The translations under genes were made by a program, and so were the position numbers. Below the pieces are notes generated by a model. It saw only the letters and a program-made list of their open reading frames with translations, did no database searches and had not been told where the DNA came from. Shown here piece by piece: positions 1 through 11,602 of a stretch of DNA of 42,076 nucleotides. Origin of the DNA: Octopus bimaculoides (taxonomy: Eukaryota); assembly GCF_001194135.2 (NCBI RefSeq), contig NC_068986.1, forward strand, positions 65,478,550 to 65,520,625, given 5' to 3'. How positions within the stretch are numbered: position 1 is the stretch's first letter; every line of letters starts with the position of its first letter.

Positions 1-50
<50 letters not shown>

Positions 51-51
51 C
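1..51. repeat. (ATT)n microsatellite
   Basis: Direct reading of tandem att units from the window start. Confidence 0.95.
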
Positions 52-245
52 ATCATTACATTAATAAGCTAAGATCGAATGTATTACGCTGACAAGTAGT
101 TAACTGAAGGGAGAGACGAAAAGCGAGAGAAAAAAATGGAAAGGAGAAGTGGTACGGGGAAAATAATAGTTATTACACTAAGACCGAATGTGTGACGCTG
201 TCACGTAGGTAGTTCAAGACAGAGGCAAAAAGAGAAAGTGAGTGT

Positions 246-247
246 GA

Positions 248-291
<44 letters not shown>

Positions 292-293
292 AG
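246..293. repeat. (AAAG)n microsatellite
   Basis: Tandem aaag units. Confidence 0.95.
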
Positions 294-699
294 CGTGTTA
301 GCACTGAGAGGCAAGAGCAAAGTATTGCTATTCCGCGAGTGGAAAGCAGTTACATGATTTCAAACATAGTGTAATAGAATATTGTGACAGGCAATAAAAA
401 TAAAAGTTTAGTCGTAGTTATGAGTTTTAATGCTCAAACGTCAGTGTATCTAGGTGGATAGGAAGATACATTGGCAGACAGAAGCTAAACAGCGGATGGC
501 TAGATATATCGACACTAGTTCAATGAAGGTGAAATAATCATAGCAAATAACTGTGGATGTTACTTTTACCCTTTTATGTGTGGCAGCTCAAAGGCTGAGG
601 CGATGCTGAGGCACCGTAACTATTTAAAACTTTTTTTTTGTTTTTGTTTATACGTAGAGTAGGCAGATATATACATCAACAGAAATGTAAGCAGAATAT

Positions 700-706
700 G
701 ATAAAT

Positions 707-737
<31 letters not shown>

Positions 738-895
738 TAGAATAGATAGATAAATAGATAGATAGATAGATACATACATACATACATACATACATACATA
801 CATACATACATACATGCATACATACATACATACATATATACATATAGAATAGAATAGATAGATACATACATACATACATACACATAGATTGACTG
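700..895. repeat. Compound tetranucleotide microsatellite (GACA)n-(GATA)n-(CATA)n
   Basis: Consecutive motif blocks differing by single substitutions; source of the spurious ORFs at 620-934. Confidence 0.95.
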
Positions 896-1099
896 ATTGA
901 TTGCCCCTTCAATACTGCCTATTTTACATCTCAAGAATCAAATGTTTCAGAAAAATATAAGATTTCATCATACAATTTCCAAAATAACTGGAATTTCCAC
1001 GGGTACTGCTAGCTATTATTATTGTACATTTCTGATCAAGAACAGGAATAGTGGGGAGCACAACAGTCATATATCGAAAGAAATTCTTTGGAATTTAAA

Positions 1100-2480
1100 C
1101 AGTTCACTTCTGGCAACATGGGTCTTTCGTTTATCCACCTTAACTATTATTCAAGGACGTTTTGAGCGGGCTGGTCTACTGGACCTGGAGAAAATTCTAA
1201 CTGGGACCCAGCAGCAAGGTCGTACGCTGGTTATCTTGATATGATGCGCGCACATATGGTTGTCATGTCTGTGACTAGTGTACATGCTAGCAGCTATTCG
1301 ATCCAACTTAACGAGTCAGCAATGCTCAAGCACTGTAAAGGATTGTTTCGTCGCTCTGTGCGCATCTCGGACAGGCGCAGATAATGACAATACCATAATT
1401 CTAGAGTTTATCCCTAACCAGCAATGCGCCCATCTCGGTAGCACTACCAGGCCTTGGACTTCGAGAAAATATCCGCGAACTCCGGCTGGAAAGTACTGCG
1501 GGGAAAAAAAAACAGCCATCTGATTTTCATCGCCACCCAGTGTTTCCTCAAGGACGTGACGTTGTCGCTCTTTCTCAGCAGTAATCCTCTAGAGAATGCT
1601 ATGATCATCCACCGACCGCGTTTCCTGACCGGCAGAAGGTGTGATCATCTGTCTTTTTTCTATGTACCTGACATCAAAGAGACGAGCTATAGAAAAGTGC
1701 GTTTAGCAAAGAACACCTGCTCACTGCCAAAGAAACACTTGGGTTGTCGCATCATTAAACACAGCATTCCAAGACCTCCACGCAGCCGATATTGGCAGCA
1801 AATGGATTATCTGGCCAGTGGAATTTTGTTTCACATAAATCGTAAATGCAAGTGTTCCGTTCTGAATCAGCGCAAAGTGCGATGGTCAGATTGTAGTAGA
1901 TGACTGATGCAATGTAGGTATTGGTCACCTCCGCCCGATTCTTCAGAGATAGCTTCTTGTCGGCCTATTTCTGAGTGAGGTTAGCCACCATGTTGTTACC
2001 TTTTCCTAGATGAGAAAAACATGGAGGATTGTTGCAAGTCCAACCAAAACCCCAAGCAATTTAACCTGTGTCCTTCTAACGCCCCACGATGTTGTTGGAT
2101 AGCATGGCCTCTAAAGTTGTCGAGCTGCAACTCCGATAACTTGTCGTGGTTAATCTTTTTTCTCCTGTCACTAATCACGAAACAAATATCACCGTATATT
2201 GCAGCGGTCACTCACCTGAAGATGACTCAAAACTAGCCGCCTTGTGGACACCCGTCAGATATTACCAATCTTGTCAAAAGTTTTCAACTGATCTAAATTC
2301 AAGATCCACGAAGTATTGCGTGAGGTGGATTTTGTGACGATATGGTGCATGACTGTGCCTCATCTCCCAGAATATCACCGGCAAGCGGCAACCTGTTAGC
2401 TAACACCTTTGCCAAAAAATCCAAAATACTGCAAAGCATTTTCTCCCGACGCTCTAGCAGTTCCACTAGCTTACGCCTTA
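1100..2480 (-). mobile_element. Decayed Tx1/L1-type LINE ORF2 (reverse transcriptase and C-terminal region)
   Basis: Minus-strand translations across stops and frameshifts give AKVLANRLPLAGDILGDEAQSCT (cf. RT LAKVLANRL..LIGEAQTC), LDQLKTFDK (LDQxKAFDR), AAIYGDICFVI, GFWLDLQ and LSLKNRAEVTNTYIASVIYY, the motif order of L1/Tx1 ORF2. Confidence 0.8.
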
Positions 2481-2539
2481 ATAATAACTATGATGATGAT
2501 GATGATATTTTAAATTTTCGCACTAACCCAGAAACTTTC

Positions 2540-2712
2540 TAATGAGTAGAGTCGGTCATGTTAATCCCTGTACTTGACAAATACTTTATTTTATTGACCC
2601 CAAATGGATGAAAGGCGTTGACTTCGATGGAATTTGAATTCGGAGTGAAAAGAGCTGGGAGAAATGTCGCTATGCATAGTTTCCGAAGTTTTAACTGCTC
2701 TACCAGGTCACC
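2540..2712 (-). mobile_element. tRNA-derived SINE, family A (degenerate copy)
   Basis: Reverse complement of the family seen on + at 38601-38820 (contains ttgaccccaaatggatgaaaggc..gttgacttcgatggaatttgaa). Confidence 0.7.
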
Positions 2713-2739
2713 ACTTTAAATAAAGGCATCTGATTTAGC

Positions 2740-2905
2740 AGAAAGCAAGCAGTTTGGGAAGGAGGGGTTTGGGACGATTCCTTCGTACCCCAGTACTTGA
2801 CTGGTACTTTATTTAATCGTTTTATCCTGCAGGGTTGAAAGGCGCCTTTGAACCCCGCAGAATCTGACCTCGGAATGTAAAGGGTTGTTATTAAATACTG
2901 CAAGG
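2740..2905 (-). mobile_element. tRNA-derived SINE, family A (degenerate copy)
   Basis: Contains ccccagtacttgactggtactttatttaatcg and tgaaaggcg, homologous to other family A copies. Confidence 0.65.
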
Positions 2906-2914
2906 CTTTTTGAC

Positions 2915-2943
2915 CTATGATAATAGTAGTATTAATAATAATG

Positions 2944-3016
<73 letters not shown>

Positions 3017-3052
3017 TAATAATAATAATAGTAATAATAATGATAATAATAA
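2915..3052. repeat. (AAT)n microsatellite
   Basis: Long aat run; source of poly-Ile ORF. Confidence 0.95.
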
Positions 3053-3464
3053 AGTAGGAAAAGGAGGCCGAAGATAACAATCATGGCGGTAGTGGCGGAG
3101 TCCAGTTAGTCATAATTGTGCTGGTGACGGTAACGATGCAAACGATAGCGGTGATAAATAAATAAATCAACGCTGCACCGAACTGACCTCGCAACTGGGA
3201 TTTCGTGCACTGAAAATTATCCAGTGCACGACACTGCGCATTCCGTTTCCTATTCATATATGCAGCACGCACTTTTAGAATGTGTTGGCTAATGTTTAGC
3301 GGCTTGCAAGCAAAAGACAAATAATTGCCCTCACACGTAAAAAGAAGGGGCTCACACATATACAGTAGTCATTCAAGCGTGTGCCTTACATTAGAACACA
3401 TTCACACATGCATGCAAACATAAGCCATTTAAATATACAGGCATACAATCAGACGTTCTAATAG

Positions 3465-3845
3465 GCTTGCGCACACAGACATACACGGACACACAGAGAC
3501 ACACACACACAGAGACACACACACAGACACAAATATGCGTACATATGTACACACAGGCATACATAGCTGAGTTTGTGAGTGTGTGTGTGGTTATGCTTGT
3601 GTGTAATACTTATAAATGTACGCATAACCATACTTTTTCATACTCATGGGTGCGCGCGCACATATGTATGTATGTATGTATGTATGTATGCATGCGTGAG
3701 CATGAATATATATACATCAATTTAGAACACAGACACACGACTATATATATGTATGTGTATATTCTTATATACATATGGTTGATTGTGTGTATGTGTGTGT
3801 ATAATTCTATATGCATGTATGTTTTTATGTATGTATCATGTTCCA
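3465..3845. repeat. Compound (CA)/(TG)/(TATG) low-complexity tract
   Basis: Interspersed dinucleotide and tetranucleotide repeats. Confidence 0.85.
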
Positions 3846-4319
3846 TACAGACATGAAGACATGATTTGAGGATTGCATCTCGTTCCCCACTAACAATGAC
3901 ACACAAGAGAAAGAGAAGACTCGCAGCTGTGTGACGGAGCGTTAAAATATTTTGCTATATTTTCGGTGGCGTCATTTACCAGCGAGATGCCACACGCAGC
4001 TTCAATGTCGGAGAATTTATTACTGTGATAAAGATGACTGACTAACCCCTATTTCTTTCCATCCTCTTTCTCCTCTGTCTTCTCTCTCCGTTTCTGACTG
4101 TGTAGTGCTGCGAACAACTGAAGAATCGATCTTGGACAATTAAAGGCAGATAGTAAAGATAAACAATAAAGGTCAATTGAGGTCAATAGATTATACTTTT
4201 TGAAAGGGGGATGTAAAAGAGAATAAAAGCGGAATAAATCCAAAGGAAAATGAAAAAAATTAGGTTATTTGTTACCATCGAAACCTGCATTTAGAATAAA
4301 ATTCCAGTCATTTTATTTA

Positions 4320-4550
4320 TACACAACGTTGACGATGGGCGTGGAGGACGACATTAGCATCGTTGTCATCACCATCACCGTCGTCATAACCTTCCTCCCC
4401 CTCCTCCTCTTCCTCATCGTTGTCTTCACCATACATCTCCTCCTCCTTCTCATCAACATCATCGTCATCATCATCAACATCATCGTCGACGTGATCGTTG
4501 TCATCGATATCACAACCGTTATTGTCTTCAGTTTCGTTGTCGTTCTTCAG
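4320..4550. repeat. Highly degenerate trinucleotide repeat (CAT/CGT/CCT-type)
   Basis: 3-nt periodicity retained despite many substitutions. Confidence 0.8.
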
Positions 4551-4649
4551 TTTTAACATTACAAAATTCTATTCAATATTATTAATGTTTTTGCTGTTGT
4601 GGTTGTTTATCGTGATAATCCCTTAATAATATCAATAACAATTACAATA

Positions 4650-4800
4650 ATAATTTCAAATTTTGGCACGAGGCCAGCAATTTTTTTGGGAGGAAGGGAT
4701 AAATCGATTATATCGACCCCAGTTCTCAACTGGTACTTATTTTAACGACACCAAAACGATGAACGACAAAGTGAACCGCAGCGGAATCTGAAATATAACA
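4650..4800 (-). mobile_element. SINE family A copy
   Basis: ttcaaattttggcacgaggccagcaat...atcgaccccagttctcaactggtacttatttt, the reverse complement of the family A 3' half. Confidence 0.8.
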
Positions 4801-4980
4801 GGGACAATAATTTAGCCAAAAGTCAACAATTCCGAGGAAGGGTGCAAGTCGTTAACATTGTTCCCAGGACAAAGACCGTAAAGCATTTTCTGTTTCGATG
4901 CTCTAACAACTTGGCCACTACAAAGCCCTACAGGAATGAAGATCCATTACAAGGAAACGTTACAAAATAACTGTGGTGGC

Positions 4981-5044
<64 letters not shown>

Positions 5045-5052
5045 TATTAATA

Positions 5053-5228
5053 ATTCTTTCTACAAAAGGCACAAGGCTGGAAATTTTGGGGATGGGAGTA
5101 GTCGATTACATCGATCCCAGTGTTTCAGTGGTACTTAATTTATCGACCCCGAAAGGATGAAAGGCAAAGTCGACCTCGGCGGATTTTGAACCGCTAAGCA
5201 TTTCGTCCGGTGTGCTAACGATTCTGTC

Positions 5229-5230
<2 letters not shown>
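5053..5230 (-). mobile_element. SINE family A copy
   Basis: ggcacaaggctggaaattttgg...cgattacatcgatcccagt..ggtacttaatttatcgaccccgaaaggatgaaaggcaaagtcgacctcggcgg..ctaagcatttcg. Confidence 0.9.
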
Positions 5231-5286
<56 letters not shown>

Positions 5287-5288
<2 letters not shown>

Positions 5289-5400
5289 GCTTCAAATTTT
5301 GGCACAAAGCCAGCAATTTCGGGGAAGACTCAGGGAAGAAGCTAAGTCTATTACATCGAACCTTGTTCTTAACTGCTACTTATTCTATCGACCCCGAAAG
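5287..5400 (-). mobile_element. SINE family A 3' fragment
   Basis: ttcaaattttggcacaaagccagcaatttc...ttctatcgaccccgaaagga. Confidence 0.8.
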
Positions 5401-5416
5401 GATAATCATAATAGTA

Positions 5417-5500
5417 AATCTTTCCACTATAGGCACAAGGGCTGAAATTTTGGAGAGAGGTCTGGTGGATTATATCAACCCATGTGCATAACTGGTACTT
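5417..5500 (-). mobile_element. SINE family A 3' fragment
   Basis: ggcacaagggctgaaattttgg...ataactggtactt. Confidence 0.65.
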
Positions 5501-5730
5501 GTTTTAATAATTATAATAAACTAGAAAAACCAACAACGAAGATGATGATGATGATGGTGATGACTTTTTCTGCCAACCAACGAATGAAATCTTACCACCA
5601 CCCCCATCATCAACTTCAACATCAACATCAACATCAACAAGAAAATCATTCATATTATTGTTTAATTCATTATTGTTTTCCGTTTTATTTGTCTTGTACA
5701 TATTGCGTTAGTGGATTTGTGTTGCTTATC

Positions 5731-5761
<31 letters not shown>

Positions 5762-6171
5762 TGTATGTATGTATGTATGTATGTATGTATGTATGTGTGT
5801 GTGTGAATCTATATGTCTGATGTTGCTGCATTTGTGCGTGTATGCCTTGTTATATATTTATGTATTCGCACACACACACACACATAAGCATCCATGCATG
5901 CACACATGGTTCCGTACACATACATCAACATACCCTTCCTAGATGTATAGCTGATGTTTATTCTTCAAATAACTGTTTTCAGCAACCCCTTGCTTTTCCC
6001 GTTGCTCCACATCACCAAAATGAATGAAAATCGCTATGATCCATTGAACATCAAAGACATTGCTCTCCATTATCATCCTTCTCCCCTTTCTCTTTCGCTC
6101 TCTCCACCTCCTTCACCACATCGTCACCATCAATATCATCATCAGCATTCTCATACTCGTCGTCGTTCCGG

Positions 6172-6264
<93 letters not shown>

Positions 6265-6309
6265 GCTGTTTGTTTCATATTTCAACTTCCATCTGATGCT
6301 AGCTGATAA

Positions 6310-6580
6310 ACTGAATGTTAAAATGCAGGAGCCATAATAGCAAAAAGAATAAAAGCTATAATAACAAGAAAAGCCAAAACATAAATAAAATAATGAAAAG
6401 TAAATTTTGTGTGGGGATGGGATAAAGGCATGAAGACTGGAAGTTTTAGAGAGTGTGTAATACGAAGATATGTGGCATTCATGCCTTTCTTCCAAGTAGG
6501 GTAGAATGACGAAAATGAAGAGAAAAATATGCCAACCGGTTATCAAACCAATCTTGCGGATTCCCTGATCCTCTGATGTT
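6310..6580 (-). mobile_element. Probable 3' UTR fragment of Tx1/L1-type LINE
   Basis: Minus strand ttcgtcattctaccctacttggaagaaaggc..ccagtcttcatgcctttatcccatccc resembles the octopus LINE 3' UTR as I recall it; followed by a (TTA)n tract. Recalled similarity, not a search result. Confidence 0.45.
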
Positions 6581-6683
6581 TAATTAAATCTATAATGTAG
6601 GAACTAAATAATAAATATATAATTTAATGATGATAATGATGATGATGACGACGACAACAACAACTATGAGGATGATGATGAAG

Positions 6684-6699
<16 letters not shown>

Positions 6700-6715
<16 letters not shown>

Positions 6716-7570
6716 GATAATAATATTTTCTTTATTGGCCACAAGGGCCAAAACAAAACAAAAAGGGACAATACAAAACAAGGGACGAGTGGGACTGAGC
6801 ATATAAATATGTGTATACAATAAAAACAATAATAGACTAACTTGCTAATCCAATCTCTGAAACCGTGACGAGCCGGGAAAGACGCGTTCAGCTTCCAGTA
6901 TCCAGGGTCCCGCCAATGGAACCTATCTTGGTCGACCGTGCTAATCACAAATTTATGGTATGTGTAACCGAAAACGTTGAGTTGAGGACAACTATATTTT
7001 TTTAATCTATAGGCTAACAGATTACTCTATCTGGATACGATCTGGAAGACATGGTGCTGTTTGTCTATGTCCTTATTCGGAGTAGGGGGTTGTGAGGTTT
7101 TTATACCCTCGCTCATATCATCTAGCCCTACCCTATCCAGGCGTGCATTCAAGATGGCGTTCCATTCACCCACTATCACAAAACAGCGAAACGTCCCAAG
7201 GAAAACTTCCAAGCGTCTGGAGAGATTTGGTTGCTCCAAACTTGTCGGGGCGAACACAGTGACCAGTCTAGAAGCATTTACGTTTGTAATTGTTCACATC
7301 CAGGGCCAGCAACTTACCATCCGAGTCTAGGAAGATCGTTTGTACTTCGAGATTGAGGGCTTTACTAAACAGTTTTACTACCTCGCCTCTCGTTCTAGGC
7401 CGACTTAGATGAATAAGTCTCAAAGTGGTCGAAAATAGGATCTAGATCGGTTGTCGGAAATCCTGGTGTCGCTGCCGGCCGTCATACATCTATAGATAGT
7501 GACCTGAGGTCGCTGTGCAGGTGACATTACTGCGAGGTCGTCCCCACGCACTGAAAATTTATGCTCTTAA
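6700..7570 (-). mobile_element. Tx1/L1-type LINE endonuclease (APE) fragment joined to a LINE-like 3' terminus
   Basis: Minus translations FLDSDGKLLALDV, (V)FAP..LSRRLEVFLGTFRCFVIVGEWNAILNARLDRVG (cf. GDWNAILD) and PGYWKLNASF; followed immediately by ..ggcccttgtggccAATAAAgaaaatattatt and a (TTA)n tail. Confidence 0.8.
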
Positions 7571-8049
7571 ACCCGCTATAGTGACCGGAACGAGTTCAGA
7601 GAAGGAGAAAAAATGACTCCCTAATGTTTTTGCCTTTTTCCAGCACATACGCACCTTCATCAGTATTTCTTGCACTTAAAAGTGCTGGTGCCGAAGATTT
7701 CACCCTCTTTCTCGATCTCCTTCCTTTGTGCTATGAGGGCCCTCAATTTTTTGTTGGTCCCTCTCAGTAGCACGAAATCTTATGTTTGTGTGCAGGGGGT
7801 GTTTCATTTCAGTGGGTTCTTGCGGTTGTGGTAATGCTGGTGGAGCTGGTTGTGATAGCGGTGGATGTGGTGACGACTGTGTTGCTGAAGAGGTTGGTGT
7901 TAATGTAGGTGTGTCTTTGATTGTTGAAAATGTGTTTTCTATGTTTTGGGTGAGTGTGTGTGTGNNNNNNNNNNNNNNNNNNNNNNNNNNNNNNNNNNNN
8001 NNNNNNNNNNNNGGGGGTAGTGTGAGACAGGATGCTTTATTGTGTTTAT

Positions 8050-8235
8050 TTTTAGAGGTTCTTTTCTTTTTTTTATCTAGAGGATTCGGGAGGGAAGGTT
8101 TATTGATTACATCGGGCCTAGCACTTTTATCAGCCATGAAATGATGAAAGGCAAAGTCTGAGATTGAACTCTGGACGTTAAGACAGACGAAATGCCGCTA
8201 AGCATCTTGCTCGGCGTGCTAACGATTGTATTACC
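8050..8235 (-). mobile_element. SINE family A copy
   Basis: attgattacatcg...gatgaaaggcaaagtc...gacagacgaaatgccgctaagcatcttgctcggcgtgctaacgatt. Confidence 0.85.
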
Positions 8236-8237
8236 TC

Positions 8238-8245
8238 GCAGCCTT

Positions 8246-8316
<71 letters not shown>

Positions 8317-8332
8317 CAGCAGCAGCAGCAGC
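8238..8332. repeat. (CAG)n-(TAG)n-(CAG)n microsatellite
   Basis: Direct reading. Confidence 0.95.
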
Positions 8333-8502
8333 AACAAAAATAATAACTTTTTTAATGGCTACTAAAGGCGAAATACGAGCATTCAAGAACGAAGCATAAC
8401 GAAAATGGGTCGCCGAGGATTACGTGGAATGGAGTACGAAAAACAGACTTTGAAAAACAACTCTTTCCCAAAGGAATTCCGTCGACGGTACATTCTCTTG
8501 AA

Positions 8503-8733
8503 CAGGGTACGCAACCAATGGGCCGCACAGAAAGACTAATTCTTAAAATATTTCTTAATGACCAACGCTATCTGCAGAGTGTTTTGCATGATATGTAGAT
8601 ATATATATATATATGTAATAATTTATATATTATGCACTTCATTGTGCTTTGTTATGCGTGTGATTCCCGGGTCCGTGGGAAGATTGTCTTGCATTAATTC
8701 GGTCTGAGGTGCCAGAAAGGTTGGCAGCCGCTG
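8503..8733 (+). mobile_element. Non-autonomous hAT-Charlie (MER1-like) MITE with 8-bp TSD
   Basis: 5' end cagggtacgcaacc...gggccgcacag; 3' end cccgggtccgtgggaagattgtcttgc...ggtgccagaaaggttggcagccgctg. Flanked by ctcttgaa (8495-8502) and ctctagaa (8734-8741), matching the Charlie NTCTAGAN target preference. Confidence 0.8.
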
Positions 8734-10240
8734 CTCTAGAAGACAAGAAACTGAAGGCAATTATTTGTGACTTCGAAGAAGAAAAGGAGGAGGTAACTTT
8801 AAGAAATCATGATAAAAATTGCCGAATTAATTTCAGTACTCTGAGAAAGAACCTTCTAATCATTGTTAGAAGCATTGAATAACTATATACAAATGTTTCG
8901 GTTTGTTTCTTAACACATCGCCAATGTGGTATAGCATCGTCTTGCCAGCAGTTAATTAATGACAATTTTAAATACGTAAATAATTTGAAGTATGTTAATT
9001 TGCATAATTAAAAAGGAAAATAGATAAGAGAAATAACTCATGAGGGTCATTAAACTGAATTTAGATAAAGTTGACCATCTTCAAAATATTTCCCTGAGCT
9101 CTCCCCCTCTCTCTTCTCTCTCTCCTCTCTCTTCTCTCTCTCCTCTCTCACTCTCTTTATATATAAATGTTTGTGTGTGCGTATGTGTGTGTGCGCGTAT
9201 GTGTGTGTTCATGAATGTGTGTGATAGTGGATATTTGAATATACATGCATTATATACGTGTATGCATGTATATACATATACGCGTGTATATATCTACATA
9301 TAAGTGTGTGTATGTGTGTATGTGCGCGCGTGCGTATGTGTGTGAGTTTGTGTGTGTATGTATATACTTACATACACACACATATGTATACGCATATGCA
9401 AATATGCCTGTGTGTATGTGTGTGTTTTTGTGCTTCAGCTGATACTCCGCGATGCTTTTCTTTCAGTCAGAGTTCATGTGCATACACATGACTGTATTTG
9501 TGTTTGTAGAACGAAACCATAAATAATGTTTGTCACTTGAGATTAATGAAAACATTTTCCCTCCTACCACATACATACGCGCACGAACACACACGCGCGC
9601 AAGCACACACGCACACGCACGCACACATACACACACACATACACACAAGCAAACAAGCAAATGCGTACTCGCACACATTCCTTCTTATTGCTTTTCTTTC
9701 GTCCTTGTATCTCTGCCGACAGCTTGTTACGTTGCGTCTTGAACGCCTTGCCAACCCGAATCCCTTTCCATTGTGATTATACTTTTTAGATTTTACTGCT
9801 TACTTATATGTGAGCGTGTATGTGCATGTATGTTTTTATACTTACACACACGCACGCGAACAAGCACAGACACATAGACACACTCGCACACACACACATA
9901 CACGCGTTCACAAACACACAAACACGCACACATACATACACACGTATATGTATACGCCATTATTGAACGGTGACAAGCCCAACACTGCATTGGTGGATAC
10001 ATATTCTTTACTTGTGGGTTAACACGGCAACCAATGGTTTCATATGAAGATATCTTTACAGTTGTTCAAATTGCCATATGGAGGTATTGGTACAAAACAA
10101 TTTACCATTAAAATGAAGAATTACTCAATGCTTTATGTAGCGTATATATTATACGTTTATTTTCAAACAACTTCTAAAAGTACAATGAACATGTGTGTTT
10201 GTATATGTGTAAGTGTGTTTAGGTGTATGTGTTTGTGTAT

Positions 10241-10356
<116 letters not shown>

Positions 10357-10641
10357 TCTGTAAAGTATCTTCATAACCCTCAGTAGTGAAAATATCTTAC
10401 GCCATTTTATACTACATTTTCGCTGTCGCTTCTCATGCAAATTCCCTTAAATCACAACTTCCCCACTGAAAGAAATGAACGCCCAGGATAATCCTTTGCT
10501 AGATAACTCTAACAAAAGATGGGCTAATCAAGACTCAATGCCTTTGATCTATTTTGACCTGGCGTTAAATAAGAATTCTGTCCTCCGTTCTTTAAACCTT
10601 ATGGGACATTTCTAAACAACTTTGTTGTTTGTTCTCTTCAG

Positions 10642-10774
10642 AACTCAAACGAAGTTACAATTATTTTTAACATTATATCACCTACTTCAATCGTCAAGTG
10701 GTTGCAGTAGAAATTGCCATCAGATCACAGATACTATTTTAAAACGAATGACTCACTGGAAACTACTGTCCAAG
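10642..10774 (+). other. Candidate exon of unknown gene or lncRNA
   Basis: Acceptor ttgtttgttctcttcag|, donor AAG|gtatat; 133 nt with one open frame (xTQTKLQLFLTLYHLLQSSSGCSRNCHQITDTILKRMTHWKLLSK). No recognised homolog. Confidence 0.35.
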
Positions 10775-10837
10775 GTATATAAGTAAAAGAGAAAAGAAAG
10801 TATCCATATATCTGGAAAAATAGTTTGCCATATGTTC

Positions 10838-11147
10838 TCTTTTTGTGCCCTTTTAAAGACTAGCCAGGCTCATGGGCTCAGTTTCCCGGTTTCTATGGCG
10901 TATATGTTCCCTCCAGCTGGACGAGACGCCAGTCCATCGCAGCATTACGCAAGAAACAGGAAGAAAGAGTGAGAGAAATTTGGGGCAAAAGAGTACAACA
11001 GGGATCGCCACTCTCCTGCCGGAGCCTCGTGGAGCTTTAGGTGTTTTCGCTCAATAAACACACACACAACGCCCGGTCCGGGAATCGAAACCGCGATCCT
11101 CCGACCGCGAGTCCGCTGCCCTTACCACTGGGCCATTGCGCCTCCAC
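10838..11147 (-). mobile_element. Full-length tRNA-derived SINE (family C) with 12-bp TSD
   Basis: Minus strand starts gtggaggcgcaatggcccagtggtaaggg (A-box-like) ... ggtttcgattccc (B-box-like); direct repeat tgccatatgttc at 10826-10837 and 11148-11159. Confidence 0.9.
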
Positions 11148-11509
11148 TGCCATATGTTCACGCGACTAGAATCGACCTGATGCTAATCATCAACGAGAAC
11201 GACAACGACATCCCAACTCACTCAGATTGTTGTACATTACTCGCACTATTCATTACATCTCTCAGAACTTTATTATTCATTTCTTCATATTGCAGTGAAC
11301 GTAGCTCTTTAAACTGTACGTTTATAAATGAGGTATATATGTATGATGCATGCCTGCATGTGTANNNNNNNNNNNNNNNNNNNNNNNNNNNNNNNNNNNN
11401 NNNNNNNNNNNNNNNNNNNNNNNNNNNNNNNNNNNNNNNNNNNNNNNNNNNNNNNNNNNNNNNNNNNNNNNNNNNNNNNNNNNNNNNNNNNNNNNNNNNN
11501 NNNNNNNNC

Positions 11510-11540
<31 letters not shown>

Positions 11541-11571
11541 TATTATTACATATATATACACACATATATTC

Positions 11572-11602
<31 letters not shown>

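Noticed and set aside
5053-5500. Regularly recurring SINE fragments separated by (AAT)n resembling a CRISPR-like array
   Set aside because: Eukaryotic context; units are diverged SINE 3' ends of variable length, not identical repeats with unique spacers.
8660-8793. Protein-like frame PWEDCLALIRSEVPERLAAAALEDKKLKAIICDFEEEKEE ending at GAG|gtaact
   Set aside because: No acceptor or in-frame ATG; its 5' half is the 3' terminus of the hAT-Charlie MITE and its TSD.
11070-11147. tRNA-like sequence on the minus strand
   Set aside because: It continues into a SINE body with a TSD and lacks a proper acceptor stem, so it is a SINE head, not a tRNA gene.
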